Shown here: one piece after another, positions 46,418 through 54,869 of the stretch
Numbering within the stretch: the stretch's first letter is position 1
Layout: every line of letters starts with the position of its first letter
Made by a program: the position numbers and the translations under genes
Notes under the pieces: generated by a model
Told to the model about the DNA's origin: nothing
Seen by the model: only the letters and a program-made list of their open reading frames with translations
Databases searched by the model: none
Origin: Gemmatimonadota bacterium
GTDB taxonomy: Bacteria > Gemmatimonadota > Gemmatimonadetes > Longimicrobiales > Gaopeijiaceae
DNA length: 64,000 nt
Direction of reading: 5' to 3'
Assembly (NCBI GenBank): GCA_022561145.1
Contig: JADFRS010000002.1
Span: 258-64,257, forward strand

Positions 46418-47704
46418 ATGGCCGGCCCAACACCACTCAGACGAGAACTCCTGTTTTCATTCGGCCTCCTCTTCGCCGAGGCCACGATCCTCATGGGGAT
46501 CGCCCTCGTTGTCATCCTTCCGCGCCTCCCGTCGTCGGGCCAGGTCACGCTCCTCATACTGCTCCTGTCCGCGGTACAGCTGCTCGTGGTCATGGCGTTC
46601 GGGGGCTGGTTGCTCAACCGCCGATTCCTCAAGCCGGTGAGCAAGCTGGTGAGCGGGATCAGGCGCATCGCCGAAGGCGAGTACCATCATCGTATCGAGT
46701 CCCCCGACAGCCTCGAGCTGAGGGAGATCAGCGACAACGTCAATTTGATGGCCGACCGTCTCATCTCGGATCAGCAGGTGCTTGCTCACAACGTCAGGTC
46801 ACTAGAGGCGACCAACCTGGAGCTTGTCGAGGCGCGCAACCAGGCCGTACAGTCGGCGCGCCTAGCGTCGGTCGGCACCCTCGCGGCAGGGATCGCCCAT
46901 GAGGTCGGAAATCCCCTCGGGGCCATCATGGGATACGTCGATGTGGTCGAGGGTCGCATGGAGGCCAGTGGGGGAGACACCGAGCTGCTCGCCTTCATCC
47001 GGGAGGAGGCCCAACGCATCGACCGAATCGTACGGGGCCTGCTGGACTATGCTCGCCCGGCCGAGCAAGGCGTGGAGCTCCTGGCGCCCCTGGAAGTGAT
47101 CGAGCACGTGCGAGATCTCCTTGTAAGCCAGGGCCAACTCGCCGGCGTTGAGCACGAATGGCGGTTGGCGGAGGACCTCCCCAGGATTTACATGAACAGA
47201 CATGGACTGGAGCAGGTACTGGTCAACCTGTTGCTCAACGCCATTCAGGCCGGAGGCGAGAATGGTCCAGGCAAGATCGAGGTGACCGCCGGGACCCGGG
47301 TTGGGCCCGGGGCGTACTTGCTGGCCCGAAGGGAAGACGATCCACCCGGGATCAACTACCTTCACCGTCGGAGGATCGCTCGGGATGACCAGGGACTCGA
47401 AGTGGGCGCTTTTCAGACGGCCATGGAGTTGGTCGTCATCACGGTCGCCGACGACGGACCCGGCGTCGACCCGGAGAGCATCGAGTACGTATTCGATCCG
47501 TTCTTCACTACCAAGGCTCCCGGAACGGGTACCGGGCTCGGACTCTTCATTTCCGCCCAATTGGTGGAGGGCATGGGCGGACGCATCGACGTCACCAACC
47601 GCCCGGAGGGTGGCGCCGTGTTCACGGTAAGCTTCCCCTCCATGACGAACGAGGCGGAAAAGGCTAGCATCGAGGACACAGAAAAAGCGGAGGGCAGTGT
47701 GTGA
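46418..47704 (+). CDS. Sensor histidine kinase (2 TM, HAMP, HisKA, HATPase_c), NtrB/PilS2-like
   Basis: 428 aa. Two TM segments, a HAMP-like region (RRFLKPVSKLVSGIRRIAEGEY...ISDNVNLMADRL), the H-box IAHEVGNPLGAIMGYV, the N box NLLLNAIQA, and the G boxes DDGPGV and GTGLGLFIS. Confidence 0.85.
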   Translation: MAGPTPLRRELLFSFGLLFAEATILMGIALVVILPRLPSSGQVTLLILLLSAVQLLVVMAFGGWLLNRRFLKPVSKLVSGIRRIAEGEYHHRIESPDSLELREISDNVNLMADRLISDQQVLAHNVRSLEATNLELVEARNQAVQSARLASVGTLAAGIAHEVGNPLGAIMGYVDVVEGRMEASGGDTELLAFIREEAQRIDRIVRGLLDYARPAEQGVELLAPLEVIEHVRDLLVSQGQLAGVEHEWRLAEDLPRIYMNRHGLEQVLVNLLLNAIQAGGENGPGKIEVTAGTRVGPGAYLLARREDDPPGINYLHRRRIARDDQGLEVGAFQTAMELVVITVADDGPGVDPESIEYVFDPFFTTKAPGTGTGLGLFISAQLVEGMGGRIDVTNRPEGGAVFTVSFPSMTNEAEKASIEDTEKAEGSV

Positions 47705-49059
47705 AGATTCTGATTATCGATGACGATCCCGGGCTGAGAAAGTCTCTCTCCCTCATCCTGGCGGATGCCGGCTATCAGGTGGTGTCGGCGGAAGACGGTG
47801 CCAAGGGTCTCGCGACGGCTGAAGCCACCCAGCCGGACATGATCATGTGCGACATCCGCATGCCGAAGGTGGACGGCCTCGAGTTCGTCCAGCGCTACAG
47901 TGAAGCCGGCGGAAAGGCTCTCGTAATCATCATGACGGCCTATGGCAGTATGGACCTTGCGGTCGAAGCGATGTCCAAAGGCGCCTACGACTACCTGCCC
48001 AAACCCTTTGGTGCGAACGAAGTGCTCCTCACCCTTCGAAAGGCCGAAGAGAGGGAGAGCCTGAGGAGGGAAGTCGGCCGGCTGAGGGCGGAGGTACGGG
48101 CGGATCGCCGATTCGGAGAGATCATTGTGCGCTCCCCGGAGATGGTGAAGGCCCTCGAGGTGGCCACCAAGGTGGCACCCCACCCGTCACCGGTCCTTAT
48201 CACCGGGGCCAGTGGGACGGGCAAAGAACTGGTCGCCCGCTTGATCCACCGAGAGAGCAACCGTGCGGAGCGACCCTTCGTGCCCGTGAACTGCGGGGCC
48301 ATCCCCGAGACCCTGCTCGAGTCCGAGTTCTTCGGCTACGTGAAGGGCGCCTTCACGGGCGCGGACAAAGACAAGCAAGGACTCTTCGAAGCTGCGGACG
48401 GCGGCACACTCTTCCTCGATGAGGTCGGCGAACTGCCGCAGCCGCTTCAGGTGAAACTCCTGCGGGCCCTTCAGGAGGGAGAGATCCGGCGCGTTGGTGG
48501 AACCACAAGTACCTTTGTGAATGTCCGGATCATCTCCGCGACCAATCGGAATCTGTCTGCGCTGGTCAGGGAGGGCGCTTTCCGCGAAGACCTTTACTAT
48601 CGCCTCGCTGTTGTCCCGATTCACCTCCCCCCGCTCAAGGAGCGTCGTGAGGAGCTTCCGGATCTCGTCCATCACTTCATCGAGCGGCATTGCGAGCGCC
48701 TGGGCCTCCAGGTGACCAAGGTCCACCCCGACGCGGTCGAAGTGCTGCTCAACTATTCCTGGCCGGGCAACATCCGGGAACTCGAGAATGTCCTCGAGCA
48801 GGCCATGCTGCTGGCCGATGGTGACGAGTTGCTCGCCGATGAACTTCCCGATCAGGTCAGGTTCTCGATGGCAGCAGCTGACGATCTCGAACTGACCGAC
48901 GACGACTTGTCGGTCAAGAAACACTCTGCGGCGCTGGAGCGGAAACTCATCCAGAGGGCGCTCGAACGAACCGGTGGGAACCGCACGAAGGCAGCCGAAC
49001 TTCTGGAACTGTCGGCGCGGGCTCTTCGCTACAAGATCCTGGACTACGGTTTGGAATAG
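47701..49059 (+). CDS. Sigma-54-dependent response regulator (NtrC family), second copy
   Basis: GTG start overlapping the kinase stop. Receiver domain (ILIIDDDPGL...IMCDIRMPK). AAA+ domain (GASGTGKELVA, ESEFFGYVKGAFTGA, GAFREDLYYRLAV). The C-terminal HTH is AAELLELSARALRYKI. Confidence 0.9.
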   Translation: MKILIIDDDPGLRKSLSLILADAGYQVVSAEDGAKGLATAEATQPDMIMCDIRMPKVDGLEFVQRYSEAGGKALVIIMTAYGSMDLAVEAMSKGAYDYLPKPFGANEVLLTLRKAEERESLRREVGRLRAEVRADRRFGEIIVRSPEMVKALEVATKVAPHPSPVLITGASGTGKELVARLIHRESNRAERPFVPVNCGAIPETLLESEFFGYVKGAFTGADKDKQGLFEAADGGTLFLDEVGELPQPLQVKLLRALQEGEIRRVGGTTSTFVNVRIISATNRNLSALVREGAFREDLYYRLAVVPIHLPPLKERREELPDLVHHFIERHCERLGLQVTKVHPDAVEVLLNYSWPGNIRELENVLEQAMLLADGDELLADELPDQVRFSMAAADDLELTDDDLSVKKHSAALERKLIQRALERTGGNRTKAAELLELSARALRYKILDYGLE

Positions 49060-49115
49060 CCGGGAAACTCCCAACCCGACATTCCAGTGCCCTGCGCCTG
49101 GCGCGATGTTGATCC

Positions 49116-49541
49116 ATGCGCCTAGGGTACACCCTCCTGGAACTGGTCTTCGTCCTCACGATCGCCGCCGCCGGATTCACGGTGGTGGCGCCTGCCTACC
49201 GGCGGGCCCATGCGCGTCTGATCGTCCGATCCGCCCGAGAGAGCCTCATAGGACTCATTACGCGGGCGCAGGCTCTGGCGGTGGTCCACGGCGGAGCCAC
49301 CGTGACCCTTTCCGTGAACCCGGCCGTGGTTTGGCTCGAAGCGGGGGGTGAGGTCGCGGACACCCTCTATCTCTCAGCGCTCGGTGTGGCGGTGGAGTTG
49401 TCCGGTGGCCGGCTCCAGGCCCGTCTGCGCTTCAACTCTCTTGGGATCGGGGAGCTCGCCGGCCAGACCGTCGGCCTGTCGCTGAGGTCCGCTCGAGCGG
49501 GCCTAATCGTATCGGCCTATGGACGGGTTCGACGCTGGTGA
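49116..49541 (+). CDS. Minor pilin, FimT/FimU (GspH)-like
   Basis: Prepilin N-terminus MRLG then YTLLELVFVLTIAAAGF, with Glu at +5. 141 aa. The small beta-rich C-terminus has the GspH-like signature (...LRFNSLG...). It is the first gene after the regulator pair, as in the pilSR-fimTU-pilVWX arrangement of Pseudomonas. Confidence 0.7.
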   Translation: MRLGYTLLELVFVLTIAAAGFTVVAPAYRRAHARLIVRSARESLIGLITRAQALAVVHGGATVTLSVNPAVVWLEAGGEVADTLYLSALGVAVELSGGRLQARLRFNSLGIGELAGQTVGLSLRSARAGLIVSAYGRVRRW

Positions 49542-49918
49542 GGCTGCGGCACGATCACTTCCGCCACGCGGCGGAGACCCTCGGCTGGCACGGATTCACT
49601 CTCGTCGAGGTGCTCGTCGCATTGGTCATCCTCCAGGTGGGCTTGCTCGGGGTGGTCGGCCAAGTCGGAGTCGCCCACAGCCTTCTCGACCGGGCGGTTC
49701 GCCTCGAGTGGGCGGTAGCCGTGGCCGAGTCGGTGGCCGACTCCCTCAGCCGATTCGGGTACTCGGGTCAGGGTTCGATCGAACTGGCCGCGGGCCGTGT
49801 GAGTTGGGAGCCCTGGTCAGGAGGCGATGGGAGCATCCTGGTGTGGGTAGAGGACAACACACCGCATCAGATTCTCGAGGTGGCCGTATCGAGGCGCCTG
49901 CCACCCTCCAGCCGATGA
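49538..49918 (+). CDS. Minor pilin, PilV-like
   Basis: GTG start overlapping the upstream stop. The motif G followed by FTLVEVLVALVILQVGLLGV is the PilV-type N-terminus. The predicted leader is unusually long (19 aa), so the true start may be later. 126 aa. Confidence 0.65.
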   Translation: MRLRHDHFRHAAETLGWHGFTLVEVLVALVILQVGLLGVVGQVGVAHSLLDRAVRLEWAVAVAESVADSLSRFGYSGQGSIELAAGRVSWEPWSGGDGSILVWVEDNTPHQILEVAVSRRLPPSSR

Positions 49919-50625
49919 GTGATCGAGGGATGTCGGCGGTAGAGGCTTTGTTGGCTCTGTCGCTCGGCGGGGGAATCCTGCTTTCCGCGCTCGGTCTCTT
50001 GTCGGTCCAGAGGCATTCGGCAGACCGACTCCTTGCACGGGCCGACGGGCTCTTGGCGAGGCGGGTCATCCGAACCGTTCTGGGAGAGGAGCTGCGCCGC
50101 GGTGTCGAGGGCAGGGATTGGGTGGCGCCCGGCGGTGACAGTGTGAGGCTCCGCGTATTTCGTGGACTCGCGTTCATGTGTATTTCGGGGCAGCCCGACC
50201 GCGTCCTGGCCCGCTACCGGGGCAGCCGACTCCCCGATTCCCGGAAGGACTCCGTGTTGGTCCTCGGTTCGAACGGCCGCTGGCAGGCAGTGGACCTGAT
50301 CGCACGACGCCCAACCATGCTTACGTGCCCGGGCGCCCCAGCGGAGGCCGTTGAGTTCTGGGTGCTGGATCCACCGGTCTCCGGCGTGGCGGTCGCCCGC
50401 GTGTTCGAGACAGGAAGCTATCACCTGTCCGGGGGTGCGTTTCGGTACAGAAGGGGACGCGGCGGCCGTCAGCCGCTTACGCCAGAGGTGTTTATCGCGG
50501 AGGGCAGCCACCTTGGGGTGGGGTCGAACGGTGGCTTGGCCCTCGAGCTTGCCACAGAGACACCGGCCCCAGGTAACCCGGATGGGCGCCGAACATTCTG
50601 GCCACGAGAGCGTGTACGGGACTGA
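49915..50625 (+). CDS. Minor pilin, PilW-like
   Basis: In the frame of ORF 49519..50625. The ATG at 49915 overlaps the upstream stop (ATGA). MSDRG then MSAVEALLALSLGGGILLSALGLL has Glu at +5. 236 aa, with size and position as for PilW. Confidence 0.6.
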   Translation: MSDRGMSAVEALLALSLGGGILLSALGLLSVQRHSADRLLARADGLLARRVIRTVLGEELRRGVEGRDWVAPGGDSVRLRVFRGLAFMCISGQPDRVLARYRGSRLPDSRKDSVLVLGSNGRWQAVDLIARRPTMLTCPGAPAEAVEFWVLDPPVSGVAVARVFETGSYHLSGGAFRYRRGRGGRQPLTPEVFIAEGSHLGVGSNGGLALELATETPAPGNPDGRRTFWPRERVRD

Positions 50626-51697
50626 GGAGCGGCGATGCGGAGCGCTCCTTCCAGTTCTGCTCCTGTTGATTGTCGCGGTCACGCTCCTTGGGCACGGCGC
50701 CCTTGTACTGGCCCAGGCCCATCTCGATGTCTCGATCGTTGCTCGGGCCCTGCTCACTGCCCGCTTGAGTGCGGAGGCGGGTGTGGTCCAGGCCATGGTC
50801 GACTCCGCAAACTGGTCCCGCGAAGAACCACTATGGAGTCCAGAAGCGGTTCACGAGGGCACGTTGGGTCCGTTTGGGCGCTTCGAGGTGTCCGTTACCG
50901 CGATCGATCAGGAGTTAGCCCTATGGGTCGGAGCCGGAGAGCACGTGGCACACGCCGGAACGTACCGCGTGGGCCGGCTGGCGTGGCAGCTCTCTCCGAC
51001 TCGTCGTCTTGCCGCCGCCGAGGCTGTGGTGATGTCGGGGGGGACCTTGAGCGCTGCGGCTGCCGCCACCGTGGACGGGTCCGATCTGAAACGCCCCCCG
51101 TTTGAGTGGACCGAAGAGGACTGCGCCCCCTTGGCCGACTCGGTGGCCTGGGCGGTGCCTTCTGGGAGGCTCGAGCCATGGGCGAGGCTCGCTGTGGACT
51201 TCGGGACGTTTCCACCCTTGGGCCTCCTGGACTGGGCGGTACTCGCGGACCGCTCTCGAAACGTGCCTCCCGGCGTGATCGCACCCCTTCCAACCCAGTT
51301 CGCCGGAGTCTGCCGAATCGAGGTCGCCACCAACTGGGGAGACCCCTCGCGGGCGGGTGACTGCCGCGACCACTTCGTACTGGTTACCACCCTCGGTGAT
51401 TTGACCTTGGACGGCGGTGGTGGGCAGGGGGTGCTGGCCGTTGATGGAAGCCTCCGGCTCGAAGGGGCGAGCAGGTTCACCGGTGTGGTTCTCGTGGCCG
51501 GTGACCTGAATTTGGCGCAAGGCGCACGAATTGACGGGCTCGTGCGTACCGGCGGATCGGTCTCACTTTCTGACTCGTCGCGAATCGTAGGATCCGGCTG
51601 CGCGGTTCTGGCTGCTCTCGGGCGTCTCGACGCGCTCCGGCGCCCCGTTGTGATCCCCGGCGGAGCGTGGGTGCGCCCGTTGGGGCCAGCCAACTGA
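50582..51697 (+). CDS. PilX-like minor-pilin-operon protein with an enlarged C-terminal beta-helix-like region
   Basis: In the frame of ORF 50351..51697. The start is either the ATG at 50582 or the GTG at 50612. RRCGALLPVLLLLIVAVTLLGHGALVLA is a PilX_N-type hydrophobic segment with no Gly/Glu+5 motif. The C-terminus DLTLDGGGGQGVLAVDGSLRLEGASRFTGVVLVAGDLNLAQGARIDGLVRTGGSVSLSDSSRIVG looks by eye like beta-helix or bactofilin-type repeats. Confidence 0.5.
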   Translation: MGAEHSGHESVYGTEERRCGALLPVLLLLIVAVTLLGHGALVLAQAHLDVSIVARALLTARLSAEAGVVQAMVDSANWSREEPLWSPEAVHEGTLGPFGRFEVSVTAIDQELALWVGAGEHVAHAGTYRVGRLAWQLSPTRRLAAAEAVVMSGGTLSAAAAATVDGSDLKRPPFEWTEEDCAPLADSVAWAVPSGRLEPWARLAVDFGTFPPLGLLDWAVLADRSRNVPPGVIAPLPTQFAGVCRIEVATNWGDPSRAGDCRDHFVLVTTLGDLTLDGGGGQGVLAVDGSLRLEGASRFTGVVLVAGDLNLAQGARIDGLVRTGGSVSLSDSSRIVGSGCAVLAALGRLDALRRPVVIPGGAWVRPLGPAN

Positions 51698-51975
51698 ACG
51701 ACGGGCGGATTTTGTGGAAATCTGTGCCAGAAACGGAAACGATTTCACTCCAAAGAGACCGTTCTGAGCGGAATTTCGTGCGTCGGCCAAGGGTTGCCTG
51801 CCTGGCATGGATCTGGCACGAAATACCGGGGACTCCGAATTGGAGTCCGGGAGCCAGACCCGGCTTCCAGGGTCCGCGAAGGTAGTGATCGCGGGCTCCG
51901 AAAATGCGGTGTTTACCGGTAGTGCGCGATCAAATGTTTATCAATAAATACGTCAACGAGTGTGGTAGATTTCTC

Positions 51976-52003
51976 TTGACAAACCTGGGCTTATGGTTAT
52001 AAC
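51976..52003 (+). promoter_or_regulatory. Sigma-70-type promoter candidate for pilMNOPQ
   Basis: TTGACA-N16-TATAAC sits in a conspicuously AT-rich ~180-nt island (51880-52059), 56 nt upstream of the pilM ATG. Confidence 0.45.
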
Positions 52004-52059
52004 CTGGTTTTGAATTCAGATAAAAATATGTTCCTTTAGCTTCGGTTCGTGAGGTCTAA

Positions 52060-53097
52060 ATGGGCCTGTTTGGAGGCAAGCGAAGGTCGATAGGGCTGGA
52101 CGTCGGAAGCGGCTTCGTCAAGCTCGTGGAGATCGACCACTCGGGAGAGCAACCTGAGGTGGTTCAGGTCGCCATGCGCCCTCTCGTGGCCGATGCGATC
52201 GTCGAGGGTGAGATCATGGATCCAGGCTTGGTCTCCGACACGATCAGCGGCCTGATCCAGGAAGCTGGGCTCAAGGGACGCGACGTCGTGACGGCCGTGG
52301 GCGGCCATGACGTGATCATCAAGCCGATCGAAATGGACCGCATGAAGGAATCGGACGCTCGTGAGGTGATCCGCTGGGAGGCCGAGCAGCACGTTCCGTT
52401 CGACATCAAGAGCGTGGAGCTCGACTTCCAGATTCTCAATCCGCTCGCGGAGGGCCTTCAGATGGAGGTCCTGCTGGTAGCAGCTAAGCGCGAGCTCGTG
52501 GACAACAAGGTGAGTTTGCTCTTGGACGCAGGCGTTTCACCCTGCGTGATCGATGTGGACGCATTCGCGTTGCACAACGCCTTCGAATACAACTATCCCG
52601 AGGCCATGGAGGGCATCGTGGCCTTGGTGAACGTGGGACACGAGACCACCAATGTGAACATCCTGGAAGACGGGACGCCGATTCTGACGAGGGACATCCC
52701 GTTCGGATCACGTCGCGTTCGTGAGGATCTTCAGCGTGAGCGCGGCCTCACGGCCGAACAGGCCGAGGACATCGTTCAGGGTCGCGAAGAGCTCGCCGAA
52801 ATGCCGCAGCTCGTGGAGTCCTCGGCCGACGAGGTGGCTGTGGGCATCGAACGGGCCTCGGCCTTCCTCATGACGAGGCAGTCAGGCGCGGGCCTTGGAC
52901 AGATCTTCCTCAGCGGGGGTGGCGCCAGGATCCCCGGCATGTCGGACGCGCTCGGACGAAGGATGAGTGTCGAAACCCAAGTGGTGAATCCCTTCGAGCG
53001 AATCGCGGTTCGCGCCGATATGGGCGGGAACGTGATCCTCGAGGAAGCCGCTCCAATGCTCCTACTACCTCTCGGCCTTGCGCTGAGGGTGACCTAG
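52060..53097 (+). CDS. pilM: Type IV pilus assembly protein PilM (actin-like ATPase fold)
   Basis: 345 aa. SIGLDVGSGFVKLVEID, VIDVDAFAL, LVNVGHETTNVNI and IFLSGGGARIPG are the PilM/FtsA-like phosphate and adenosine motifs. Confidence 0.95.
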   Translation: MGLFGGKRRSIGLDVGSGFVKLVEIDHSGEQPEVVQVAMRPLVADAIVEGEIMDPGLVSDTISGLIQEAGLKGRDVVTAVGGHDVIIKPIEMDRMKESDAREVIRWEAEQHVPFDIKSVELDFQILNPLAEGLQMEVLLVAAKRELVDNKVSLLLDAGVSPCVIDVDAFALHNAFEYNYPEAMEGIVALVNVGHETTNVNILEDGTPILTRDIPFGSRRVREDLQRERGLTAEQAEDIVQGREELAEMPQLVESSADEVAVGIERASAFLMTRQSGAGLGQIFLSGGGARIPGMSDALGRRMSVETQVVNPFERIAVRADMGGNVILEEAAPMLLLPLGLALRVT

Positions 53098-53115
53098 CGG
53101 GGGAGGAGTCGAGCC

Positions 53116-53784
53116 TTGATCGAAGTCAACCTGCTTCCAGGCGGCAAGAAACGGCCCGGAAAGGGTGGTGGGTTCAGAATTGGCCTGCCCGACCTGAAGG
53201 CGATTCCGGCAGATCCGTTCATTATCGGGGCTTTGGTTGTTGGCCTCGCTTCCGCAGCGCTTGTCGGATGGTGGTACACAGACCTGAACAATCGCAACGC
53301 GGAACTGGTCGTGGCGCTGGACGTTGCGATCCGGGACTCGGCCACCTTCCACGAGCTGATCGAGAACAACAGCACGCTGCAAGCGCGCCAGGACTCCGTA
53401 GCGCAAAAGATCGCGATCATCCACGAGATCGATGCCGGCCGCTACGTATGGCCGCACGTGTTGGATGAGATCGGTCGTGCGCTTCCGGACTTCTTGTGGA
53501 TCACCTCGCTCCAGCAGGTTTCGGTGGGCGAGTTCATCGAATTCCGCATCGAAGGTCGTGCCGGGAACAACATTGCGGTTACGACCTTCATGGATGCGCT
53601 GGAGGGGTCCCCCTTCATCAGGGTTGTACGGTTGATCTCCACCGAGCAGGCCGTCGAGACGCTGCCGAACGGGGACGGCCAAATCGTCATCGTCTTCACA
53701 CTCGAGGCGGCCTACGACCAGCCGGCCTTCGACTTACTGGAAACGGTGCCGCTCTTCGGGGCGGGTGCCGACGGTGGGAGTTAA
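53116..53784 (+). CDS. pilN: Type IV pilus assembly protein PilN
   Basis: TTG start. The MIEVNLLPGGKK signature (INLLP) is followed by one TM helix, a coiled coil, and a ferredoxin-like C-terminus. Confidence 0.9.
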   Translation: MIEVNLLPGGKKRPGKGGGFRIGLPDLKAIPADPFIIGALVVGLASAALVGWWYTDLNNRNAELVVALDVAIRDSATFHELIENNSTLQARQDSVAQKIAIIHEIDAGRYVWPHVLDEIGRALPDFLWITSLQQVSVGEFIEFRIEGRAGNNIAVTTFMDALEGSPFIRVVRLISTEQAVETLPNGDGQIVIVFTLEAAYDQPAFDLLETVPLFGAGADGGS

Positions 53785-53799
53785 AGGGGGCAAGGAGCC

Positions 53800-54396
53800 A
53801 TGGCGCTGATTCCTGACGATCCAAAGCAAAAGAACGCCCTCGTCGTGGGGCTGCTCTTTGTCGTAGGGCTCTATCTCGTCAACACCTACTGGCGTGCGGA
53901 TCGGGAGACCGAGGTCCAGCAGGGGGAGACCCGTCTCGAGGCGCTCGAGAACAGTAACCGACAGGCCGAAATCATCGCGGCCCGTGGCGGAACCGCCCTC
54001 CAAGAGCGCATGGTCGTGTACGAACGCCATATCGCTCAGCTCGAGGCGCTGATCCCGCGGGAGGAACAAGTGGCCTCGCTGCTCCACGACCTGACGCTGC
54101 TGGCCCGCGACTTGGGGGTCGAGCTCGACATGATGCGGCCCGAGCCCTCGGAACCGTCCGACTTCTACACGAAGCATACCTTCTCCTTGAGGGTCATCGG
54201 GGAATACCACGATGTGTCGCGCTACCTGACGCGCGTCGCGTCGTTGGAGCGCATCATCACCCCCATCGACCTCGCCCTGAGCCTGTTTACGGCTCCCGAC
54301 CGCTTCCGTGAGTTCGAGTCGCCGGTCCAGGCTGAGTTTCGCATTCAGACCTATGTGATCGCGTCGGATGAGTCGCTTCCACCGGGAGGTCCGTGA
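53800..54396 (+). CDS. pilO: Type IV pilus assembly protein PilO
   Basis: 198 aa: TM helix (ALVVGLLFVVGLYLV), coiled coil, LIPREEQVASLLHDLTLLARDLGVEL, and YHDVSRYLTRVASLERI, which are typical PilO blocks. Confidence 0.85.
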   Translation: MALIPDDPKQKNALVVGLLFVVGLYLVNTYWRADRETEVQQGETRLEALENSNRQAEIIAARGGTALQERMVVYERHIAQLEALIPREEQVASLLHDLTLLARDLGVELDMMRPEPSEPSDFYTKHTFSLRVIGEYHDVSRYLTRVASLERIITPIDLALSLFTAPDRFREFESPVQAEFRIQTYVIASDESLPPGGP

Positions 54397-54869
54397 TGGG
54401 CAGGGCACACATCATCCTGTTCTCGATACTCGCCGTGGCGCTGAGCTTGCCGGCAGCCGCTTCGGCCCAGGACAGGCCCCCGCCAGAAACGGATCTGGTG
54501 ATGCTGCGGGAGGTGTTTCAATACCCTGATTACGCCCGTAGAAACCCGTTCGCTCCGCTCCTGAGCGCGGATGGTGGTGGGCCGCGGTTCGAGAGACTGG
54601 TGCTCCTGGGCATCGTTTTCTCGGCGGATGGTCGGAGAAGCATTGCCCTCTTCGGAGAGGGTTCGTCCGTGGACCCGTCCTCCGGGGCGCTTTCCGTGGT
54701 CCCCGGCGCGCTGACGTACCGGCTCAGAGTGGGCGAGTCGATAGGCAACACCACCGTTCTTGAGATCCACGAACGCCGCGTCTTGGTCGGAGTGGACGAA
54801 TTCGGGCAATCGGAGCAACACACGATGGAGTTGCGCCGGCTCACCCTGGGCCAAGGAGGCCCTTCATGA
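54393..54869 (+). CDS. pilP: Type IV pilus assembly protein PilP-like
   Basis: Start overlaps the pilO stop. Signal peptide (ILFSILAVALSLPAAASAQ), RRNPFAPLL, then a beta-domain (LVLLGIVFSADGRRSIALF...YRLRVGESIGNTTVLEIHERRVLV) as in PilP. Confidence 0.65.
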   Translation: MMGRAHIILFSILAVALSLPAAASAQDRPPPETDLVMLREVFQYPDYARRNPFAPLLSADGGGPRFERLVLLGIVFSADGRRSIALFGEGSSVDPSSGALSVVPGALTYRLRVGESIGNTTVLEIHERRVLVGVDEFGQSEQHTMELRRLTLGQGGPS

